A DNA stretch of 64,000 bases, taken from positions 96,136 through 160,135 of the forward strand of contig JALHFY010000001.1 of assembly GCA_022837635.1 (NCBI GenBank), read 5' to 3'. The notes under the pieces were generated by a model, which searched no databases, was not told the origin of the DNA, and saw only the letters and a program-made list of their open reading frames with translations. Positions within the stretch are counted from its first letter, which is position 1. Every line of letters starts with the position of its first letter. This DNA is from Candidatus Shapirobacteria bacterium (lineage in GTDB: Bacteria; Patescibacteriota; Microgenomatia; UBA12405). Shown here in pieces: positions 40,955-50,133 of this stretch. The position numbers were made by a program, and so were the translations under genes.

Positions 40955-41511
40955 TGTGAAAAAATAAGTAATAAGGTAAAAAGAAGATTAAAGGTGGCAA
41001 AGATATAGAGATAGTATTGAAGAGAAGAAGTTGGAAGTTGTTTCTTTTCTCGAGCAAAAAGCCAACTTTTTAAGAATTCAGGATTTTCCCGATAATCATA
41101 ATATTCTTTAAGCAAGAGATGAAGTCCGGTGGCCAAAGTAAAAGCTTTGATAAAAATATTGGGAGTAGAGGTGAAGATAAAAAAAGAAATGAGAGTTAAG
41201 ATGATTTGGAAGAAATAATGGTGGAAAATTAGGCTGGTATGTTGATGGTGAGTTGATTGAAATAACTTAAAAAGTGATTTGAAATCTTTCTTTTTCCAGG
41301 CAGTTAGAGCCAATTGACTTTCTTCAAGTTCAGGATGAAGGAAGAACCAGTAGATGAGATGATCAACTTCGATAAAAACGGAACCTATAAAAAGACCTAA
41401 AAATAGGAAAAAGAATTGATACCAAGCGACACGGTTAAAAATCCAAATAGGTAAGGTAACAGCAAAGACAATAATTGAAGGTAGAAAATAACGTCGAATA
41501 TCGTATTTCAC
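40951..41511 (-). CDS. Membrane protein, possibly a metal-dependent hydrolase-like family
   Basis: TM helices with DH, FHH and LH motifs. Confidence 0.6.
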   Translation of the reverse strand: MKYDIRRYFLPSIIVFAVTLPIWIFNRVAWYQFFFLFLGLFIGSVFIEVDHLIYWFFLHPELEESQLALTAWKKKDFKSLFKLFQSTHHQHTSLIFHHYFFQIILTLISFFIFTSTPNIFIKAFTLATGLHLLLKEYYDYRENPEFLKSWLFAREKKQLPTSSLQYYLYIFATFNLLFTLLLIFSQ

Positions 41512-41528
41512 TAATTTATATTAGCAGA

Positions 41529-41843
41529 TTATTTAAGTGTACTTTTAGCTTTTTCCAAACGGAGTTGTTTGAGCTTCCACATGAAGAGAGCGGCTTTGTT
41601 TTTAACAGTGCCGGGACTATGGTCTTTAATATAGTAGAGAGCGGTTTCCAAAAGTTGACGATCTTCGGTTTTGGCCAGACGGATATAAAGAGATTTATGG
41701 TCCCAGTCATCAAGTTCATCGGCTAATTCCAGACCATAGGCTTGATATTCGTTTTTGACATATTTTTTACGTTTATCAAAGTTTTCTTTGAAAAGAGACA
41801 GAGTTTCAGAAATAGGTGTCGGTGCGGATTGTCTTTTGCTCAT
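41529..41843 (-). CDS. Hypothetical helical protein
   Basis: EYQAYG..LA.EL.D..HKSLYIRLAK...LFMWKL; clean ORF in operon. Confidence 0.75.
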   Translation of the reverse strand: MSKRQSAPTPISETLSLFKENFDKRKKYVKNEYQAYGLELADELDDWDHKSLYIRLAKTEDRQLLETALYYIKDHSPGTVKNKAALFMWKLKQLRLEKAKSTLK

Positions 41844-41917
41844 GGTGGACCTTGGCGGACTCGAACCGCCCTCTTAGCAATGCGAATGCTATGCTCTACC
41901 AGATAAGCTAAAGGCCC
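41843..41917 (-). tRNA. tRNA-Ala(CGC)
   Basis: GGGCCTT/AAGGTCC acceptor with G3:U70, tagca-ttCGCat-tgcta, GGTTCGAGTCC, encoded CCA. Confidence 0.95.
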
Positions 41918-42435
41918 TATTTTGACAGTTGCTCTATTTTATCAAGAATTTCGGGAACAATGGACTCGATTTGGATTTTTTCGGTGGCTGGTAGAGGTTG
42001 AAGAACATAGTCTTCGGCGAGAATGTTATGATTTATTGGCTTACCGATACCAACACGGATTCGCCAAAAGCCTTGGGTGCCTAAATGATCAATGATGGAT
42101 TTGATACCGTTGTGGCCGGCGGAACCTCGGTCAAATTGGAGTCGCCACTCCCCTATCGGGAGGTCCAAATCATCATGAATGACATAGATATTGTCGGGAG
42201 AAATTTTATAGAAACGGGCGACTAAACTGAGGGGTATACCCGACTCGTTCATGAAGCCGGTAGAGTGGGCAAAAATATTTTTAGATGACTCCCCCACTCT
42301 ACTTTTCAGCTTACTTTTTTCAGAGAGTCGGAGATGATATTTTTGGGCAAATTGCAGGAGAATATTTTGACCTAAATTATGACGAGTGGACTGATATTTG
42401 GTGCCGGGATTACCAAGACCAAAAAATAATTTCAT
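41917..42435 (-). CDS. pth: Peptidyl-tRNA hydrolase
   Basis: GLGNPG..Y..TRHN.G, FMNESG, HDDLD, GHNG..S, RIRVGIG. Confidence 0.97.
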   Translation of the reverse strand: MKLFFGLGNPGTKYQSTRHNLGQNILLQFAQKYHLRLSEKSKLKSRVGESSKNIFAHSTGFMNESGIPLSLVARFYKISPDNIYVIHDDLDLPIGEWRLQFDRGSAGHNGIKSIIDHLGTQGFWRIRVGIGKPINHNILAEDYVLQPLPATEKIQIESIVPEILDKIEQLSK

Positions 42436-42531
42436 TTTGATATACTTTGTATTTAATTTATATATAAGTTTTGTCTAAAGATAGGTTTTATTTAATTTGA
42501 TATATTTATTAGCAGTCTGATACGGAGAGTG

Positions 42532-42933
42532 CTAAAAATTTGCTTGTTCATAAAATTGATTAAGACTGAAAAAGAGGGCTTCACTGTGAAGATAAATTAG
42601 ACTATCACAAAGAGATTGTAAGTGAGCTTTTTGAGACTCAGCAATGACGGGTATGGCGACAATAATTTTGAGTCGAGGGTAAAGTTTGCGGAGGGCTAAA
42701 ATTGGTTTTTCAAAATCAGTAGATTGACTGAGTCCGAGGTCACTGATGATCAATAAATTGGAGTCAACAGGAGCCTGTCGTTGTTCATCTAAAAAGTCTG
42801 ATAATTTTTGTCGGTATTGGTCCAGGTGAGGGTGGGAGGAATTGAGACAAACAACAGTTTTAGCACCAGGAAAATTATCCAAAATTTTTTTAGCCAAAAT
42901 TTGGGCGGAGTCAGAGTAGTTTTTGAAAATCAT
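42532..42933 (-). CDS. Degenerate phosphoribosyltransferase-like protein
   Basis: F.N...A..LA, LIISDLG, KIIVAIPV, FFSLNQFY. Confidence 0.5.
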   Translation of the reverse strand: MIFKNYSDSAQILAKKILDNFPGAKTVVCLNSSHPHLDQYRQKLSDFLDEQRQAPVDSNLLIISDLGLSQSTDFEKPILALRKLYPRLKIIVAIPVIAESQKAHLQSLCDSLIYLHSEALFFSLNQFYEQANF

Positions 42934-44896
42934 TTTCGGTGATAATTTTAACGCCTAATTTTTTGGCGGCAATTAATTTAGCAGAGTTGGAGCTAGGGTC
43001 ATTGGTGATGAGGTAATTGGTGTGTCGGGTGACAGTGGAGTGAAATTTACCGCCGGAATTTTCAATTTGTTGAACCAAGTCAGCACGGGGTTGAGAGAGA
43101 GTGCCGGTGATGGCAAAGTTGAGACCAGAGAGGGATTTTTTTTGGGCTGAAGGAGTGCTTAAAGTCGTATTGACAAGTATCGATATAATCCATTCTTGCC
43201 TGAAATTTATACCATCAATAATTTTTTGAGCCAAGGTTTTTTGAAAACCTTTTTGAGATAATAAATCTTCAAGAGTTAAATTTAATAGCTTGTCTGGAGT
43301 GTCAAAACCGACCAAAATTAATTGTTGAATGCGGGCAGCAGAGAAATTGGGAATGGCGGCAGCATTGAAAACTTCTTTGAGACTGAGACTTCTTTTGGAA
43401 TCGATTTGGGCCAGGATATTTTTGGCAGATTTTTCGCCGAGATTATCTAAATTGGCAATGTCGTGAAGTTGGAGTTTATAAAAATCGCCCGGTTGTTTAA
43501 CTTTGCCGGAGTGGTAGAGTTTTTCAATAGTTTTATCTGAGAGACCAAGGATATTCAGCCGATCACAGAAAAGTTTGAGAGAACCCAGGATTTGGGGTAA
43601 ACAATGATGGCCATTGGGACACTCTAAGTTTTTGTCAGCACGGTGTAAAGGAGTTTGACAGGCGGGACAATGGGTGGGAATAGTAACGTGGCCGGGGGTA
43701 ACCTTGGTAACCACACTTTCAATATGAGGAATGACATCACCACGACGAGATATTTCAATAATGTCACCCAGATTAAGATTTTTTTTGATGACTAAATCAT
43801 AGTTACCCAGAGAAGCAAAGTTGATGACCGCGCCGGAGATTTCCACTGGTTCAATTTCGGCAACGGGGGTGACGGAGCCCAAAGGGCCGACTTGCCAGAT
43901 AATTTTTTGAATTACACTTTGGTTGGAGTCAGCTGGGAATTTATAAGCCACTTGGTATTTAGGGCGGCCATTTTTTTCACCCAGACTTTGGGCAATATTC
44001 AGATTATTGATTTTGACGACTAAACCATCGATGTCAAAGGGGTAGTCTCCCCTATCTCGGCGTAAAAAATTTTGATAAATTGTTTCCACTTCTTCAAAAC
44101 TGTGACAGAGATGTGATTCCACCGGAGTAAAGCCCAGGTTTTTAAGCAAGTTTATTTTTTCTAGTTCAGTGTCAAGTGTGGGAGTGTTGACAGAAATGTC
44201 GGTAGCGTATAAAGAGCAAAGTTCAGAATACATACCATCCAGGCGTTGAGATAGACCGGAGGCGGCATTGCGAGGATTGGAATAAAATCCCTCCGGTCCC
44301 GATAAAATTGTTTTTTTTACGAGTTGATTTAATTTAATAAAGTCTTTTTTAGTCACCAAGATTTCACAGCGAACGGAACCGGTAAATTTTTTGGCAGTGC
44401 TTAAAACTACTTGTTTCATTTTGACTACATTTTGAGTAATGACATCGCCGGTGTGACCGTCACCTCTGGTAATGGCGTCTACAAGTTGGCCATTTTGATA
44501 TTCGATTTCCAGAGAAATACCGTCACATTTGGGCTGGACCAGAAAATCTTCCCCAATTTCCCTCTTATCCCCTTTTGACAAAGGGGAGGATAAAATTTTC
44601 TTTTTAAGTTCAAAGTAATGGACCAGATCGGAGTAGGTACTGACTTTGTTTTGAGAACCCATAGTGAGAGAGTGGGCTTTTTTCTCCCAGCCGGTGTCGA
44701 AATTGTCATGACCGACTTTGGAAAAGAGCCGATGATAGGGTGCTTTTTTCTTTAAGACAGCCTCAAGAGTATCGTAGGTGTGGTCGTCCATAATGGGCCG
44801 ACCGGTAGTGTAATAAGCTTTTTTGGCGTCGACTAAAATTTCACCTAGTTTTTGAGGAGAAATGCTTTCCAAGTCAAAATCAGCAAGAGAGTACAT
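42911..44896 (-). CDS. ligA: NAD-dependent DNA ligase
   Basis: KCDG adenylation motif, TRGDG..G, NPRNAA.G, DGLV, C4 zinc, BRCT. Confidence 0.96.
   Translation of the reverse strand: MYSLADFDLESISPQKLGEILVDAKKAYYTTGRPIMDDHTYDTLEAVLKKKAPYHRLFSKVGHDNFDTGWEKKAHSLTMGSQNKVSTYSDLVHYFELKKKILSSPLSKGDKREIGEDFLVQPKCDGISLEIEYQNGQLVDAITRGDGHTGDVITQNVVKMKQVVLSTAKKFTGSVRCEILVTKKDFIKLNQLVKKTILSGPEGFYSNPRNAASGLSQRLDGMYSELCSLYATDISVNTPTLDTELEKINLLKNLGFTPVESHLCHSFEEVETIYQNFLRRDRGDYPFDIDGLVVKINNLNIAQSLGEKNGRPKYQVAYKFPADSNQSVIQKIIWQVGPLGSVTPVAEIEPVEISGAVINFASLGNYDLVIKKNLNLGDIIEISRRGDVIPHIESVVTKVTPGHVTIPTHCPACQTPLHRADKNLECPNGHHCLPQILGSLKLFCDRLNILGLSDKTIEKLYHSGKVKQPGDFYKLQLHDIANLDNLGEKSAKNILAQIDSKRSLSLKEVFNAAAIPNFSAARIQQLILVGFDTPDKLLNLTLEDLLSQKGFQKTLAQKIIDGINFRQEWIISILVNTTLSTPSAQKKSLSGLNFAITGTLSQPRADLVQQIENSGGKFHSTVTRHTNYLITNDPSSNSAKLIAAKKLGVKIITENDFQKLL
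44544..44590. repeat. Solo C-tract/hairpin unit inserted in frame in ligA
   Basis: aaatcttcccc...tccccttt-tgac-aaagggga; encodes SSPLSKGDKREIGED. Confidence 0.7.
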
Positions 44897-44913
44897 GGGA
44901 TTATTATACTGGA

Positions 44914-45004
44914 AAATCTACCCCTTAATCCCCTCCTTTGATGAAAGGAGGGGAACATTTGAATATAAAACCCCTCTTTATTCAAAGAGGGGTAGGGGTG
45001 ATTT
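44914..45004. mobile_element. Non-autonomous doublet (REPIN/MITE-like) of two inverted hairpin units
   Basis: aaatctacccct..tcccctccttt-gatg-aaaggagggga, short spacer, cccctcttt-attc-aaagagggg-taggggtgattt. Confidence 0.7.
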
Positions 45005-46133
45005 AGACATTACTTAGGCAATAATAAGCACCCTTGGTGGAGCCACGTTTTTGGACGACTTTATCATCAATCAGTTTTTTGAGGTCACGCCAAATAGTGT
45101 CATCACTGACCATGGGTAAAAGGGATTTGGCGTCGGGCATGCGGAGACCACCGAATTGTTGCATGTATTCGACTAATTTAATTTGTCTTTCACTAAGATG
45201 AATTTGTTTACCACCTAGTTTTTGTTTGAATTTAAGGTCCCGAGAGAGGGTTTGAACTTTGTCTTTGACCCGAGACAATTCAATGGCTAGGACTTCGGTG
45301 TAATAGGTTACCCAATCAGTAAGGTCGCGTTCAAAGATATCGCTGTCTTTTTCGTGGGTTGATTGAAGAGTGTTGTAATAGGTTTCAGCGTTACGATCAA
45401 AATATTCCTCAATAGAGAAAAGACGGCGAATGTCATAACCTTCAACATAAAGAGGTAAAATACCGAAAGCTCGGGAAACACGGCCATTACCTTCGACAAA
45501 AGGGTGGATGGCGACTAAAATGTATTGGGTAATAGCGGCACGGATAGCGGGATGAATCTCTCTGGATTTGGGCTCGTTGAGCCAGGCAACAAAGTCAGAC
45601 ATTAAATATGGGACTTCAATGGCTGGAGGTGGTCGATGAGCAATTTCTCCGGTTTGGGTATTTTTTAAGACGACTTGTTGGCGACGATATTTACCAATAT
45701 CGGCTTCGTCGATGATTTTGGTAGTAGTTAGTTCGTGGATTTTTTTAATAATGCTTTCGCTATAAAAAAAAGGTCGGTTTTTAGGATCGACTCCCTCTTT
45801 ATATTTTTCCTCAGGTAAGGGTAAACCAGCATCAAAGGTGGCCCAGATTTCTTCAAGGTAATTAATAACATTGCGGTAGTTGATGACTTCCTGAATATCC
45901 CGATCGGCAGCGGTAACTTGGCGGCCTTCGACCAATTTGGCCACGTCTTGGTAAGTTAGGTCATTACCTTCGATACGAGTACCATAGTGAACAGTCCGGA
46001 TGACAGCTTCCTGTTGAAATTGTTTTTCATAGGCAGGAATTAAGGGAGCCTCATCGATAACCGCTTTAGCGGCTTCGAGAGTACCGATGTTTTTTAGAAT
46101 CTGGTTATTAATGGTAAATATCGGAGAAAACAT
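45003..46133 (-). CDS. Fic-domain protein with C-terminal wHTH
   Basis: TRIEGN, HPFVEGNGRVSR, DTIWRDLKKL..GSTKGAYY. Confidence 0.93.
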   Translation of the reverse strand: MFSPIFTINNQILKNIGTLEAAKAVIDEAPLIPAYEKQFQQEAVIRTVHYGTRIEGNDLTYQDVAKLVEGRQVTAADRDIQEVINYRNVINYLEEIWATFDAGLPLPEEKYKEGVDPKNRPFFYSESIIKKIHELTTTKIIDEADIGKYRRQQVVLKNTQTGEIAHRPPPAIEVPYLMSDFVAWLNEPKSREIHPAIRAAITQYILVAIHPFVEGNGRVSRAFGILPLYVEGYDIRRLFSIEEYFDRNAETYYNTLQSTHEKDSDIFERDLTDWVTYYTEVLAIELSRVKDKVQTLSRDLKFKQKLGGKQIHLSERQIKLVEYMQQFGGLRMPDAKSLLPMVSDDTIWRDLKKLIDDKVVQKRGSTKGAYYCLSNV

Positions 46134-46190
46134 GGTGGCCTTATTATAGCAGTTTTTTTTAAGATGTGAGGAAAAAATGCGGTTAATGGT

Positions 46191-46680
46191 AAAACCCTAT
46201 CCCCTCCCCCTTTCCCTTGACAGGGCAAGGGGTTTATATTTAATGTAATATAAAATACACATGAAAAATGGAATTGTAGTTGAATTAAAAACAAGAAAAT
46301 TTCATGTTCGATATTTGGAAAAATTAACTAGAGAATCCAGATTGCATCGTCGAAATCAAACGGAAGCAGAAAAAATAGTTTGGGAACAATTATTGCGACG
46401 AAAACAATTAGGAGTTAAGTTTGTACGTCAAAAAGCTGTTGATAGGTTTATATTAGATTTTTATTGTGCTGATTTATGTTTGGCAATAGAAATTGATGGA
46501 GATTATCACTTAAAGATTAAAGATAAAGATGATTATCGAGACAAGTTTTTACAAGCTTGTGGGATTCGAACTCTAAGATTTACTAACACGGAAGTATTAA
46601 CTGATTTAAATAAAGTTAAATCTACAATTTTGGAATTTATTCACCCTGCCCTGTCAAGGGAAGGGATGGGGAAGGGTTTT
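46191..46680 (+). mobile_element. DUF559 gene bounded by hairpin terminal inverted repeats
   Basis: ttcccttgacagggca (46212-46227) is the exact reverse complement of 46647-46662; ends aaaaccct / agggtttt. Confidence 0.7.
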
Positions 46681-46683
46681 TAA
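46261..46683 (+). CDS. DUF559 / Vsr-like PD-(D/E)XK endonuclease
   Basis: RRNQT.AE..VW..LR...G.KF.RQ...FI.DFYC...LAIEIDG..H...D..RD..L...G...LRF.N. Confidence 0.92.
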   Translation: MKNGIVVELKTRKFHVRYLEKLTRESRLHRRNQTEAEKIVWEQLLRRKQLGVKFVRQKAVDRFILDFYCADLCLAIEIDGDYHLKIKDKDDYRDKFLQACGIRTLRFTNTEVLTDLNKVKSTILEFIHPALSREGMGKGF

Positions 46684-47306
46684 CTCAACAAAAACCAATC
46701 TAGGGCGCTTTTGGGGTCAACATTGGCTTCAATTAGTTCAAGAGAATGAATGAGGGCGGAGAGTTTTTTGGCGCTTTGAGCTGAGGGTTGTTGAATTAAT
46801 TCGATTTGCCAGGCAGTTATTTGTTCTAGAAGTAGATCTTTAATTTCACTTTTGTCGGTGTAAAGAGTTGGGGCTAAATTTAGATCTTTTTTAACTTGGC
46901 CACTGGTTTTAATGGGAGTGACCGATTTTGTCGGTTGAGTTTCAACGACTTTGATTTGGTGACAACGAGAGATGATAGTAGGTAGCAGTCGAGCGGGATG
47001 GGTAGATGTCAGAATAATATAGTTGTTTTCACCGGGATCTTCGAGGGTTTTTAAGAGAGTATTTTGAGATTCTAAATTAAGCTGGTGAGCTTCAGGGATA
47101 AAAATAATTTTACTGGGATGGTTGTAGGCTTTTTGAGAGAGAAATTTTTTGAGTTTACGGACGGCTTCGATACTATAATCAGTGAGTTCAAAAAGATCGG
47201 GGTTATTGTCAGGAAGATGGTTTAATTTGGAAAAAATTTCCAGTGCTTTTTGACGTGAAGATTGGGGGGAAGAGCTGATAATTAGGCTTGAAGGAAAGGG
47301 TGTCAT
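46680..47306 (-). CDS. holB: DNA polymerase III delta' subunit-like (short)
   Basis: NPD, SIEAVR, EAHQLN.ESQN.LLKTLEDP, LLPTIISRC. Confidence 0.85.
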   Translation of the reverse strand: MTPFPSSLIISSSPQSSRQKALEIFSKLNHLPDNNPDLFELTDYSIEAVRKLKKFLSQKAYNHPSKIIFIPEAHQLNLESQNTLLKTLEDPGENNYIILTSTHPARLLPTIISRCHQIKVVETQPTKSVTPIKTSGQVKKDLNLAPTLYTDKSEIKDLLLEQITAWQIELIQQPSAQSAKKLSALIHSLELIEANVDPKSALDWFLLS

Positions 47307-47328
47307 AGTTTACTATAGATTATAGTGT

Positions 47329-49068
47329 ATGCCTGCCGAATTAAAAAATTATAAAAAACTGTCAGAACTCCTTTTAGATAAGGGGGTGATTACCAAGGCT
47401 CAGGCTGAAGAAATCAGCTTGAAGATGGTCAAGAGTGGTGAAAGTGAAGAGGCGATTATTCGGTCAATGAGATTATTTCCGGAAGAAGATTTCCTGAGAT
47501 ATAAGGCAGAATTCTTAAAAATTCCCTTTGTAGATTTGGATGAGGTTGGTTTTTCACCGGAGGCTTTGTCATTAGTGGCCCAGAGTGTGGCGGAAAAGTA
47601 TCATTTGGTCCCCTATCGCATGGATCCCAAGAACAAAATTCTTGAAGTGGCGATGGCTAATCCTCTGGATTTGGAGACAATCGAATTTTTGGAAAAGAAG
47701 ACTGGTCTGCGGATTAAAGCAGTGATGGCGTTGGAGTCAAAAATTGACGCTTTTATCCAAGAAAAATATGAGAGAGAAAAAGGAATTACCTCCGAGGTGA
47801 GCAAGGCTTTGGATGAAAGAAAGGCTGATGAGGCTAAGATTGAAGAGGAAAGCGCTAAAGCGGTTACAACAGAAGCTCCAATTGCCAAAATTGTGAATAC
47901 GATTTTGGCATACGCAGTTCGTTCTCGGGCTTCTGATGTACATATTGAACCGTTAGAAGAAAATGTTAGAGTTAGATATAGAATTGATGGTATTTTACAG
48001 GAAAAATATGTGTTACCTCGAAATGTGCTGGAGGCGGTGGTTTCCCGGATTAAGATTTTAGCTAACTTAAAAATTGATGAAAAAAGAATCCCTCAAGATG
48101 GACGTTTTAATATCAATGTTGATGGTAATGAAGTGGATTTGCGGGTATCAACTTTACCTGTGTCTTATGGTGAAAAGGTGGTAATGCGCTTACTGCGGAA
48201 ATCTTCAAAGGTGCCGTCTTTACCTGATTTAGGCTTAAGAGGTTTAGCTTTGAAGAATTTGATTGAGTCAATTGAGAGACCACACGGAATTATTATTGTT
48301 TGTGGACCAACAGGTTCAGGTAAAACCACGACCCTCTATTCAATTTTAGACAAGGTGGCGACACCAAAAGTCAATGTAGTTACGATTGAAGATCCGGTGG
48401 AGTATCAAATGAAGGGAGTTAATCAGGTTCAAGTGAATGTCCAAGCAGGTTTAACTTTTGCCTCGGCTTTGAGGTCATTTTTACGGCAGGATCCAAATAT
48501 CATGATGGTAGGAGAAATTCGGGATACAGAAACGGCGGAGCTAGCAATTAATGCGGCTTTAACTGGGCATTTAGTGTTTTCAACTTTACACACCAATGAT
48601 GCAGCGGGAGCACCACCGCGGATGTTGGATATGGGGGTGGAGCCATTTTTGTTAATTTCAGCTTTGACTTGCGTGGTGGCTCAGCGGGTACTGAGGAGAC
48701 TATGCACTGAATGTCGTCAATTTGTAGAAATTGATCCAGGAACATTGAGTGAGCTCAAAGAAACTTTGGGACCGATTTATGGGATGCTTGAAGAGAAGGC
48801 TAAAAAAGAAGGTAAGGTGTTAAAACTGCCTAAGGCAGTAGGGTGTCCAAAATGTAATAATACCGGTTATATGGGGAGAATTGCTATTTATGAAGTAATG
48901 CCGATTACAGAAAAAATTAGTAAAATGATAGTAGAGCATGCGGCGGCATCGGCGATTCAAAAACAGGCAATTGAAGAAGGGATGTTGACCATGAAACAAG
49001 ATGGTTACGTTAAAGTTTTAGAAGGAATTACTACCGTAGATGAAGTGCTACGGGTAGCACAATATTAA
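47329..49068 (+). CDS. pilB: Type IV pilus assembly ATPase PilB/GspE
   Basis: MshEN-like N-term, ASDVHIEP, GPTGSGKTTT, RQDPN, STLHTND, C4 zinc. Confidence 0.95.
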   Translation: MPAELKNYKKLSELLLDKGVITKAQAEEISLKMVKSGESEEAIIRSMRLFPEEDFLRYKAEFLKIPFVDLDEVGFSPEALSLVAQSVAEKYHLVPYRMDPKNKILEVAMANPLDLETIEFLEKKTGLRIKAVMALESKIDAFIQEKYEREKGITSEVSKALDERKADEAKIEEESAKAVTTEAPIAKIVNTILAYAVRSRASDVHIEPLEENVRVRYRIDGILQEKYVLPRNVLEAVVSRIKILANLKIDEKRIPQDGRFNINVDGNEVDLRVSTLPVSYGEKVVMRLLRKSSKVPSLPDLGLRGLALKNLIESIERPHGIIIVCGPTGSGKTTTLYSILDKVATPKVNVVTIEDPVEYQMKGVNQVQVNVQAGLTFASALRSFLRQDPNIMMVGEIRDTETAELAINAALTGHLVFSTLHTNDAAGAPPRMLDMGVEPFLLISALTCVVAQRVLRRLCTECRQFVEIDPGTLSELKETLGPIYGMLEEKAKKEGKVLKLPKAVGCPKCNNTGYMGRIAIYEVMPITEKISKMIVEHAAASAIQKQAIEEGMLTMKQDGYVKVLEGITTVDEVLRVAQY

Positions 49069-50133
49069 ATGCATTCAAAAACAGAAGAAATTTGTAAATT
49101 AGCGATTGCTAATGGGGCTTCAGACATTCATTTACAAATGGGTCAAGTACCCAAGATGAGAGTCCATGGTTCACTTATTGATATTGGTACCTTTGGAGTT
49201 ATTGATGATCCGGAGTTAATTTTATCCTTGCTTTCGGAAAAACAAAGAGAAGAATTTATAGTAGAAAAGGAAATGGATTTGTCAGTAACTTTAGATGATT
49301 ACCGCTTTCGGGCTAATGTTTTTCACCAAAAAGGTCAATTAGCCTCTGCCCTGAGAGTGATTGTTGATCAGATTCCGGAACTTGGTAGTTTAGGATTACC
49401 AGAAGTGGTTAAAAGTTTTACCAAGTTAAGACAAGGTTTTGTTTTAGTTACTGGTCCGACAGGTCAAGGAAAATCGACTACTGTGGCTTCAATCTTGAAT
49501 GAAATTAACAAGGAAAACTCGGTAAGTATTGTAACAATTGAGGATCCGATTGAGTATGTGATTAGACCAATTAAATCCTTGGTTTCACAACGTGAATTAG
49601 GGGAAGATACTTTGAGTTTTGATAGGGCCTTAAAATCTTCATTAAGACAGGATCCGAATGTGGTTTTTGTGGGGGAAATGCGAGATTTAGAAACGATACA
49701 GTTGGCTTTGACAGTGGCGGAAACCGGACATTTGGTCTTTTCGACTTTACATACTAATTCAGCAGCTCAGTCGATTGATAGAATTATTGACGTTTTTCCT
49801 GAAGGGAGTAAACCCCAAATTAGAATGCAGTTAGCATCGGTATTGTCGGCAGTAGTGTCACAGCGGTTGATACCGACCACTGATGGTCAGCGAACAGTGG
49901 CAGCTGAAATATTGATAACTAATCCGGCTTTGGCTAACACTATCCGAGAAGGAAAAACTTTTATGATTGATAATATTATTCAAACTGGGGCCGATCAGGG
50001 AATGGTGGGGTTGGAAATGTCACTGGCGAGATTGGTTAAGAGTGGTAAAGTTGAAGAGCGTTTGGCGGCAAGTTTTGCCTTGAGACCGGAAGAATTTCTT
50101 AATAGTTTAAGACTTCTAAAGAAAAATGGCTAA
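49069..50133 (+). CDS. pilT: Pilus retraction ATPase PilT
   Basis: ASDIHL, GPTGQGKSTT, TIEDPIE, LRQDP, AETGHLV, IREGK. Confidence 0.93.
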   Translation: MHSKTEEICKLAIANGASDIHLQMGQVPKMRVHGSLIDIGTFGVIDDPELILSLLSEKQREEFIVEKEMDLSVTLDDYRFRANVFHQKGQLASALRVIVDQIPELGSLGLPEVVKSFTKLRQGFVLVTGPTGQGKSTTVASILNEINKENSVSIVTIEDPIEYVIRPIKSLVSQRELGEDTLSFDRALKSSLRQDPNVVFVGEMRDLETIQLALTVAETGHLVFSTLHTNSAAQSIDRIIDVFPEGSKPQIRMQLASVLSAVVSQRLIPTTDGQRTVAAEILITNPALANTIREGKTFMIDNIIQTGADQGMVGLEMSLARLVKSGKVEERLAASFALRPEEFLNSLRLLKKNG

